Positions 55,188 to 62,288 of a DNA stretch of 62,288 nt are shown here, piece after piece (position 1 is the stretch's first letter; every line of letters starts with the position of its first letter). A program made the translations under genes and the position numbers. The notes under the pieces were generated by a model that saw only the letters and a list, made by a program, of their open reading frames with translations, searched no databases and was not told the DNA's origin. This stretch comes from Thermoplasmatota archaeon (GTDB taxonomy: Archaea; Thermoplasmatota; E2; DHVEG-1): positions 1 to 62,288 of the forward strand of contig JAFGML010000025.1 of NCBI GenBank assembly GCA_016927555.1. The letters run 5' to 3'.

Positions 55188-55679
55188 TTATGTGTTGGTG
55201 AACAGAGCAGCTGCGTTGAGGTTCTCTATGGAGAGATCCCAGAGATGTACCGAGAGGGCATTCCAGAGGGTGTCGTCGATTCTCTCGGTTATTTTCCCGA
55301 GGATCTGGTACTCATAAATCGGCCCTTCTAAGTGTGACATGTCGCCTGTAGCAGTGTAGTATGTCTTGATTCCTTTCTCCACCTGGATCTTCATGACACG
55401 CTGGTAGAGGATAGTGTCTGTGTTGCTGTGGTAGAGGATTGTATCACCTGGTGTGACCTGGTACTCGTGGTGGGTTGGGTTCTGGACGATGAGGTAGCTT
55501 GATGGTGTGTCCGTGATGCTGACTTTGTCGGTTTTCAGACATTGGTAGCAGGAGGGATGGTAAAAGGAATCGAGGAAGGTGTCTATGCCCAGGAGCTGGG
55601 TCATCGTCAGAAATGGGAGATTGGCGATGATGACGAAGACGCAGAGTTTTAGGAGAGCTACTTGTGTTGTTTTCTTCAT
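55188..55679 (-). CDS. Degenerate S26 signal-peptidase-like membrane protein (probably inactive)
   Basis: PGDTILY, LYQRV, TATGD, QILGK follow the archaeal Sec11 box order, but the SGSM serine box and the HRV histidine are absent. Confidence 0.55.
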   Translation of the reverse strand: MKKTTQVALLKLCVFVIIANLPFLTMTQLLGIDTFLDSFYHPSCYQCLKTDKVSITDTPSSYLIVQNPTHHEYQVTPGDTILYHSNTDTILYQRVMKIQVEKGIKTYYTATGDMSHLEGPIYEYQILGKITERIDDTLWNALSVHLWDLSIENLNAAALFTNT

Positions 55680-55840
55680 CTCGTCACCTCTCTATTGTTA
55701 TCTTGTCTCGTGCTAGCGTTTGTCAATAAGGCTATATAAGGATTCTCCGTCAAAACACCAAAAAGACAGAATGCCACTCCTCGGAGGCAGGGGGGTTTTA
55801 AAAAAAACATTAAGAAGGGGGGAGTCATTACACAGGTGGT

Positions 55841-56800
55841 ATGCAAGACATCTGGACAGAGAAGTACCGGCCGAAAACCCTCTCTGATCTTGTCGGTCAA
55901 GACAACATCATCGAACGACTCAAGGCCTACGCGACGACCAAGAACGTCCCCCATCTGATTTTCGCTGGGCCACCCGGAACAGGTAAGACAACAGCAGCCC
56001 TTGCCTTAGCCCACGAGGTCTTCGGGGAGCACCACTGGACGCAGAACTTACACGAGCTCAACGCCAGCGACGAGCGAGGCATTGGCATCATCAGAGGGAA
56101 AATAAAGGATTTCGCACGGACCTCACCAATAGGAGCGAGCTTTAAAATCATCTTTCTTGACGAGGCAGACTCACTGACCCAAGACGCCCAGGCCGCGTTA
56201 CGACGAACCATAGAACGCTACACCCACATCTGCCGCTTCATCCTCTCAGTCAACTACTCCTCAAAGGTCATCGAACCTATCCAGTCACGATGTGCAGTCT
56301 TCCGCTTCAAACCACTCACCTCTGAGGATATCAAGAAGTACATCCGGAAGATTGCGATAAAAGAGCACCTGGAGATCACAGACGATGGCTTGGAAGCCCT
56401 CATCTTCATCGCCAGAGGAGATATGCGTAAAGCCATCAACGTCCTGCAGGTAGGAGCCTCCCTGGAGAAGAAGATCACCGCAGAGCTGCTCTACGAGACC
56501 TCAGCGACAGCCCGACCTGAGGACATCAAGGCCCTGCTGAGCACCGCGCTCTCTGGGAACTTCATGGCAGCACGAAACCAACTCTACGAACTCCTGATTA
56601 CCTCCGGTGTGAGTGGTGAAGAAATCATCAAGCAGATCCATCGCAGCATCTTTGACCTCACTATCCCAGACGAGCACAAGGTCTCCTTGATGGAGAAAAC
56701 AGGGGAAGCAGAGTTCAGGCTCGTTGAAGGCAGCAATGACCACATCCAGCTGGAATCATTGCTTGCCCAGTTCGTCCTGTTGGGCAAAAGACTAAAGTAA
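55841..56800 (+). CDS. rfcS: Replication factor C small subunit (no intein)
   Basis: WTEKYRP, GPPGTGKTT, NASDERG, DEAD, IQSRC, GDMRKAIN. Confidence 0.97.
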   Translation: MQDIWTEKYRPKTLSDLVGQDNIIERLKAYATTKNVPHLIFAGPPGTGKTTAALALAHEVFGEHHWTQNLHELNASDERGIGIIRGKIKDFARTSPIGASFKIIFLDEADSLTQDAQAALRRTIERYTHICRFILSVNYSSKVIEPIQSRCAVFRFKPLTSEDIKKYIRKIAIKEHLEITDDGLEALIFIARGDMRKAINVLQVGASLEKKITAELLYETSATARPEDIKALLSTALSGNFMAARNQLYELLITSGVSGEEIIKQIHRSIFDLTIPDEHKVSLMEKTGEAEFRLVEGSNDHIQLESLLAQFVLLGKRLK

Positions 56801-58129
56801 CTTCTTTTTCTTCAAGAACGGAAGGACAACATCCTCCAGTTTCTTGGCGGTCTGCTCATCAACACCATAGCGGACCCGTGCCAGTGGTTTCTTTGTCTTC
56901 AACACACGAGTCAAGTCAATAGGAGTGCCGCTCAGGACCACATCACAGTCGATGTTGTTGATCGTCTGCTCCAGCTCACGTATCTGCTTCTTGCCGTACC
57001 CCATAGCTGGGAGCACATTGGTCAGGTGAGGGTATTTCTTAAACGTCTCAATGATAGAGCCGACCGCAAACGGGCGGGGGTCCACCAGAGTTTTCGCTCC
57101 GTACTGCTTCGCAGCAACTGTGCCTGCACCGTACGGCATCCCCCCATGGGTGACCGTTGGGCCATCTTCGATTACCAGCACCGTTTTTCCCTTAATTGCT
57201 GCAGGGTCATCCACCTGGACGGAGGACACCCCATCGATGATGCGTGCAGTCGGATTAATTGTCTTGATATTGCTCCGAACAGTTTCAATATCCTGTTTCT
57301 GTGCGGTATTCACCTTGTTGATGACCACGACATCCGCAGCCCGTACGTTCACTTCACCGGGGTAGTACTGCAGCTCATGGCCTGGTCGATGCGGGTCAGC
57401 TATCGTGATGAGCAGATCAGGTTTGATAAAGGAGAAATCATTGTTCCCCCCATCCCAGATGATGACATCTGCTTCTCTTTCTGCGGTATGCAGTATCTCC
57501 TGATAATCCACACCTGCGTACACGACGCCGTGTAAATCAATGTACGGTTCGTACTCCTCCCGCTCCTCAATCGTGCAATTGTACCTCTCGAGGTCTTCAT
57601 AGCTGGCGAACCGCTGGCAAATCTGCGTCATTAAATCTTGATCGTACGGCATGGGATGACGAATCGACGCTCCCTTCAAGCCGTTCTCCTGCAGCATCTT
57701 GAAAATCGTTCGAGACACCTGGGATTTCCCACACCCTGTCCGCACAGCGCACACGGCTATCACTGGCTTGTTTGAGGCCAGCATCGTACTCTTTGGGCCC
57801 AGTAACACAAAATCTGCTCCAGCGGCGTTCACCACAGCTGATTTTCCCATCACATAAGAGTACGGGAGGTCACTGTACGCAAAGACCACGAGGTCAACAT
57901 CGTGCTTCTGGATCAACTCAGGCAGATGATCCTCCTTATAAATAGGGATGCCATCCGAGTAGCCTTCTCCTGCGAGTTTTGCTGGGTACTTCCGGCCTGC
58001 GATATCTGGGATTTGAGTCGCGGTAAACGCAACGACATGATACAGGCTGTTCCCTCTGAAGTACACATTGAAATTATGGAAATCTCTGCCTGCCGCACCC
58101 ATGATGATGACATTCTTTTTCTTAGTCAC
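56792..58129 (-). CDS. cDPG-synthetase-related P-loop NTPase, probable arginine synthetase (ArcE-type)
   Basis: GAAGRDFHNFN N-terminus, AVRTGCGKSQ P-loop, IRHPMPY, TIEEREEYE, WDGGNND, EDGPTVTHG; GTG start at 58129. Confidence 0.75.
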   Translation of the reverse strand: MTKKKNVIIMGAAGRDFHNFNVYFRGNSLYHVVAFTATQIPDIAGRKYPAKLAGEGYSDGIPIYKEDHLPELIQKHDVDLVVFAYSDLPYSYVMGKSAVVNAAGADFVLLGPKSTMLASNKPVIAVCAVRTGCGKSQVSRTIFKMLQENGLKGASIRHPMPYDQDLMTQICQRFASYEDLERYNCTIEEREEYEPYIDLHGVVYAGVDYQEILHTAEREADVIIWDGGNNDFSFIKPDLLITIADPHRPGHELQYYPGEVNVRAADVVVINKVNTAQKQDIETVRSNIKTINPTARIIDGVSSVQVDDPAAIKGKTVLVIEDGPTVTHGGMPYGAGTVAAKQYGAKTLVDPRPFAVGSIIETFKKYPHLTNVLPAMGYGKKQIRELEQTINNIDCDVVLSGTPIDLTRVLKTKKPLARVRYGVDEQTAKKLEDVVLPFLKKKKLL

Positions 58130-58261
58130 AAGAACCCCTGATGCCCAGGAATCAGATAGCGGTTTATATAGATTATTCTCCCTATAGAACGGCATCACTA
58201 GTCCTTGTTTCCATTAACTACAAATAGGCTGGTTCGTATTCATGACCGGTGGAAAGAGTCA

Positions 58262-58459
58262 ATGAACCGAGAAGCAGTACCCCTCATCATCGGCATCCTC
58301 CTCCCCATCGTTCTCGTCTCGCTCATCGTCCTATACCTAGCAGGGTATGATGTGACCTTGGTTCTTAGGCAAATCGACCTCATCTACTACGTGACTGTGC
58401 TGCCGTTTGGCCTGGGTCTCCTCGTCGTCTTCTTCTGGTTCTGGAAACCAAGAAGCTAG
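58262..58459 (+). CDS. Small 2-TM membrane protein
   Basis: MNREAVPLIIGILLPIVLVSLIVLY...LPFGLGLLVVFFWFWK. Confidence 0.65.
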   Translation: MNREAVPLIIGILLPIVLVSLIVLYLAGYDVTLVLRQIDLIYYVTVLPFGLGLLVVFFWFWKPRS

Positions 58460-58683
58460 CCACAAGCCTTACTCTTTTAAAACAACGTTGAATCGCTGTA
58501 ATGCTCTCCTCACTTTAAATAAAGAAAGTTATAAATACGATTAAACTATATCAACAGTCTATTGGATGAGATGCGCGAAAAGTAGAGAATTGTAGTGTTC
58601 TAGTTAGTCTACTCTTTCGTCTCAAGGAAAGTGGGAAGATGGGATGCAACACATCGGAAGGAGAGCAGTAACGGAGGGGTACG

Positions 58684-61131
58684 ATGAGCACAGAAGAAAA
58701 CCCTAAAAAAGTACCCCTTCACCATGTAAAAAAAAGAAATGTTTCAGACATCGAAAAACAAGTCGATGAAATCATAAAAGCACAGCAATCAAAACCCTCG
58801 ACTGTACCACCGTCCACCGCTCCTCCTGCTCCCAGTGTCCCTCACGAGAAGGACCGCCCGTCATTCTTTTTTGTGAAAAGCAAGAAAAAAAAGGAACCCC
58901 GCCCAGTACACAATGAGGAAATTGACCGCTACCGCGTTACTTTTGGCCTTGAATCTGAAAAAACAGAAAACAAGGCACTCAAACCAACACCAGTGCCCCG
59001 GAAGGAACCCATCCGTAATCCAGAAAAAAAAGTACCGTCCGTCACAGAAAAACCCTCTCCACCTGCAATGGTAACAGGTGGGAAAAGAGACGTGAAACAA
59101 CCATCGGTACCTCCGGAACAAAAGAAACATATTTTATTTGGCACAAAGAAAAAAGAAGCAAAACAAATAGAAAAAAAAGTTGAACCAGCACCACCGGCTC
59201 TTAAAAAACAGATGCCGCCTGCTCCTCTTACCAGCTCTCCTCAACCTGGACCTTCTGAGAAAAAAATCTGGTTTGATCGACCACAACCCGCCGAACCAAA
59301 ACAACAAATGCAACCAGCAGTCCGTGCACCCACCGAAGCACAAAAACCTAAGGAGCCTGCTCTGAGAGAACCAGAGCACCATACGCTGAAAGACACCCCA
59401 ATATCTCCACCTCAAAAGGAGACACCAATTGCAAGGGAGATACGAGACGATGTCGAACCACCCGTCTTCCAAGACAAGCCACCAAAGAAAGGATTCGCTC
59501 CCCTATCAACACCGACAACCTTCCCAACACGAGGGGGACCTGCTTCTACGACTAATGTTAATGTACAAGAGATTACTCCAGATGGTCACATCCACTACAG
59601 CACCATAGCAGCCTCACTAAAAACACTCACCCTGCAGCACCTCGGATACTCTGAATCCACCGTGGAAGAAATTGATTTCTATCCACTCCAAGAACCCTAT
59701 GCGTACGTAGAGATCATCCGAGAGCGGGACACACTCGATAAGCTGTACGTCCTCATCGAGGTTGAACTGACCGATGAAGAGAAACGCATCCTCCAATTCA
59801 TAAAAGAGACACTGACGGGTTTTTCGATAAAAACCGAGGATCTTGAAGTAAAAGGTGAAGAAAGCTACCTGAATGAAAAAGTCGACGTCATCATCGACGA
59901 CTACATGCTGCACGTCGAAGCAGAATCAAAAAAACGAATTCTGTACTACCTGAAAAAAGATTTCCTTGGGCTAGGAAAACTCGAAGTGCTCATGAGAGAC
60001 CCCAACATCGAGGATATCTCCTGCGATGGAGCTAGTGTGTATCTCTTTTTATATCACCGTCGCTACGGGTCATTGAAGAGTAACGTACAATTCGATAACG
60101 AAGATGAACTCAGCGCGTTCGTGGTAAAACTTGCGCAGAAGTGCGGCAAGCACATCTCCATTGCTGAGCCGATGCTGGATGCAACCATGCCTGATGGGTC
60201 ACGTATCCAGATGACGCTGAGTCAAGAGGTGACGACAAAAGGATCAACCTTCACGATTCGGAAGTTCAGTGAAGACCCCTTCTCTCCCCCAGATCTCATT
60301 GAGTTCAATACCATGTCCGCTGAGATGGTGGCGTACATGTGGCTTGCGGTGGAGAACGGAGTGAACGCACTCATCGCAGGCGGCACAGCTGCGGGGAAAA
60401 CATCGACACTCAACGCCCTCTGCCTCTTCATCCCACGAGAGTCAAAAATTGTGACCATCGAAGAAACCAGAGAGATACACCTACCACACCCCAACTGGAT
60501 TCCTGGGGTCGTCCGCTCAGGATTTGGTGAAGTGGTCGGCAACAAGGTCATCGGTGAAATTGACTTATACGACCTCATGAAGGCAGCGCTCCGTCAGCGA
60601 CCTGAGTACATCTTGGTCGGTGAGATCCGAGGCAAAGAGGCCTACGTGCTGTTCCAGGCCATGGCTACTGGTCACACCACGTACTCCACGGTGCATGCGG
60701 ACTCCGCGCAATCCCTGATTCATCGGCTGGAGGGAAAACCCATTGAGATTCCACGCATCATGCTGCAGGCACTCGACATCGTGTGTATCCAAGTGATCTC
60801 CCGTGTGAAGAATAAACGGGCACGTCGCTGTAAACAAATCATTGAAATCATCGACATCGACCCCACGACAAAAGAAATTCTCACCAACGAGGTCTTCCGC
60901 TGGGACCCAATCGAAGATAAATTCACGTACTCCGGAAAAAGCTACATTTTAGAACGCATCCGGGCTGAGAAAGACATGGACCGGGAGACGATGATCAGTG
61001 AAATCAAAAACCGCACCTCACTCTTAGAATGGATGAATAAGAACAATATCCGTGAGTTCAAGAAAGTCGCAACCTTGGTCGCCCAATACACGGCGAATTC
61101 CTCTGAGGTTATGAAAAAAATAAAAGAATGA
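58684..61131 (+). CDS. Type II/IV secretion (archaeal pilus/FlaI-VirB11-like) ATPase with a long disordered N-terminus
   Basis: DPNIEDISCDG, DATMPDGSRIQ, FTIRKF, Walker A GGTAAGKT, Asp box TIEETRE, Walker B ILVGEIRG, His box GHTTYSTVHA. Confidence 0.93.
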   Translation: MSTEENPKKVPLHHVKKRNVSDIEKQVDEIIKAQQSKPSTVPPSTAPPAPSVPHEKDRPSFFFVKSKKKKEPRPVHNEEIDRYRVTFGLESEKTENKALKPTPVPRKEPIRNPEKKVPSVTEKPSPPAMVTGGKRDVKQPSVPPEQKKHILFGTKKKEAKQIEKKVEPAPPALKKQMPPAPLTSSPQPGPSEKKIWFDRPQPAEPKQQMQPAVRAPTEAQKPKEPALREPEHHTLKDTPISPPQKETPIAREIRDDVEPPVFQDKPPKKGFAPLSTPTTFPTRGGPASTTNVNVQEITPDGHIHYSTIAASLKTLTLQHLGYSESTVEEIDFYPLQEPYAYVEIIRERDTLDKLYVLIEVELTDEEKRILQFIKETLTGFSIKTEDLEVKGEESYLNEKVDVIIDDYMLHVEAESKKRILYYLKKDFLGLGKLEVLMRDPNIEDISCDGASVYLFLYHRRYGSLKSNVQFDNEDELSAFVVKLAQKCGKHISIAEPMLDATMPDGSRIQMTLSQEVTTKGSTFTIRKFSEDPFSPPDLIEFNTMSAEMVAYMWLAVENGVNALIAGGTAAGKTSTLNALCLFIPRESKIVTIEETREIHLPHPNWIPGVVRSGFGEVVGNKVIGEIDLYDLMKAALRQRPEYILVGEIRGKEAYVLFQAMATGHTTYSTVHADSAQSLIHRLEGKPIEIPRIMLQALDIVCIQVISRVKNKRARRCKQIIEIIDIDPTTKEILTNEVFRWDPIEDKFTYSGKSYILERIRAEKDMDRETMISEIKNRTSLLEWMNKNNIREFKKVATLVAQYTANSSEVMKKIKE
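60130..60659 (+). repeat. Direct repeat (offset 1629 nt) shared by the tandem ATPases, with three near-identical tracts
   Basis: 60130-60194 = 61759-61823 (65/65); 60310-60380 vs 61939-62009 (1 mismatch); 60565-60659 vs 62194-62288 (2 mismatches). Confidence 0.9.
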
Positions 61132-61134
61132 GCT

Positions 61135-62288
61135 ATGATAAAAAAAATCGCGATTTGCCCTGACTGCCACACGGAAATTTCCTGTGAGGGTGAACCAGGT
61201 CAAAAGGTAACAATCACCTGCATCCACTGCGGTAAAAAAGGAATCGTAGTGTTTGATACTACACCAATATCTGCTGAACAAAGCACCTTGCAGCAGCTTG
61301 ATTATTACCCCGTGTATGAACCGTATGTGTTCGTTAAAATCTTCAAAGACACCGTGACCCTTGATAAGATATACAAAGTCAGTGAACCACTGCTAGCTGC
61401 CTCAGAGCAGACGACACTGAAATTCATCCAAGAGCACATCATGAACTCTGTTGATGTGCTGTTAAGTGAACTAGAACAAACCAAAGTCGAACCATTTCTT
61501 CTCGAACGCATCGAAACCATCACTGCGCATCATAAAATAAAGATTGATGATGCATTGAAAGAAAAACTCCTGTATTATGTCAAACGTGATTTCATAGATA
61601 ACGGAGCCATTGACCCGTTGATGCGCGATCCGAACATCGAGGATATCTCCTGTGACGGGGCGGGTCTACCTGTGTTTCTGTATCACCGTCACTACGGCTC
61701 GCTGAAAAGTAACATCATGTTTCCTGACGAAGCCACCCTGTCTGAGTTTGTCGTGAAGCTTGCGCAGAAGTGCGGCAAGCACATCTCCATTGCTGAGCCG
61801 ATGCTGGATGCAACCATGCCTGACGGGTCACGTATCCAGATGACACTGAGCAAGGCGGTGACGACGCACGGGTCGACGTTTACGATTAGAAAATTCCGTT
61901 CGGATCCTATCACCGCGACAGATCTCATCTCGTATAAAACCATGTCCGCTGAGATGGTGGCATACATGTGGCTTGCGGTGGAGAACGGAGTGAACGCACT
62001 CATCGCAGGTGGTACGGCTGCTGGGAAAACCTCCACGTTGAATGCGATTTCTCTGTTCATTCCCCGGGAATCAAAGATTGTGTCAATAGAGGAAACCCGG
62101 GAGATAAACTTACCACATCCGAACTGGATCCCCGGGGTGGTACGCTCAGGGTTTGGTGAAGTCGTCGGGGACCGAATCATTGGTGAGATTGATTTATACG
62201 ACCTCATGAAGGCAGCGCTCCGTCAGCGGCCTGAGTACATCTTGGTCGGAGAGATCCGAGGCAAAGAGGCCTACGTGCTGTTCCAGGC
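61135..62288 (+). CDS. Second type II/IV secretion ATPase with an N-terminal Zn ribbon, truncated by the window end (not in ORF track)
   Basis: Manual translation MIKKIAICPDCHTEISCEGEPGQKVTITCIHCGKKG...DPNIEDISCDG...GGTAAGKT...ILVGEIRG. Confidence 0.92.
   Translation, partial: MIKKIAICPDCHTEISCEGEPGQKVTITCIHCGKKGIVVFDTTPISAEQSTLQQLDYYPVYEPYVFVKIFKDTVTLDKIYKVSEPLLAASEQTTLKFIQEHIMNSVDVLLSELEQTKVEPFLLERIETITAHHKIKIDDALKEKLLYYVKRDFIDNGAIDPLMRDPNIEDISCDGAGLPVFLYHRHYGSLKSNIMFPDEATLSEFVVKLAQKCGKHISIAEPMLDATMPDGSRIQMTLSKAVTTHGSTFTIRKFRSDPITATDLISYKTMSAEMVAYMWLAVENGVNALIAGGTAAGKTSTLNAISLFIPRESKIVSIEETREINLPHPNWIPGVVRSGFGEVVGDRIIGEIDLYDLMKAALRQRPEYILVGEIRGKEAYVLFQ

Noticed and set aside
55841-56800. 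Inteins or stop-codon recoding in RFC, TopoVI, AOR and ValRS
   Set aside because: All have normal lengths and uninterrupted motifs; no in-frame stop readthrough is needed.
57026-57535. 169-aa plus-strand ORF
   Set aside because: Antisense shadow of the P-loop NTPase gene.
58684-62288. Calling the ATPases archaellum motor FlaI
   Set aside because: No archaellins, flaH or flaJ in the window; subfamily cannot be resolved by eye, so no symbol was given.

Overview
Archaeal chromosomal window, most consistent with a Thermoplasmatota lineage of the MBG-D/DHVEG-1 (Thermoprofundales/E2) type. That assignment is inferred from archaeal information genes plus many secreted proteins with KKxLAVGIILLF-type leaders; no phylogeny was run. 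Housekeeping blocks: asnS, rps13-rps4-rps11-rpoD-tRNA-Pro(CGG), top6B-top6A, valS, TFS, PCNA-Pop5, gcvPA-gcvPB and rfcS. They alternate with accessory genes for secreted proteins (NosD-type beta-helices, an FG-GAP propeller, C1A and M14 peptidases, tandem paralog pairs) and carboxylate/aldehyde metabolism (OFA, SatP, AOR, HPS-RraA). I found no CRISPR array, rRNA, transposase or integrase. The best candidate for an undescribed system is the AOR locus at 34.4-43.2 kb. There, two Cys-less membrane-anchored molybdopterin-fold proteins, an ECF S-component-like protein, a small-molecule kinase, two transporters and MobB suggest uptake or salvage of a pterin (W/Mo) cofactor; this is a hypothesis. Other notable items: a ValRS whose KMSKS motif reads PMHAS, mosaic conversion-like identity tracts between tandem secretion ATPases, shared N- and C-terminal cassettes on unrelated secreted proteins, an apparently inactive signal-peptidase homolog, a probable arginine synthetase, a PC4-like protein, long disordered tails on uS13 and uS4, and several small ORFs missing from the ORF track. 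All family calls come from motif recognition by eye, without database searches.
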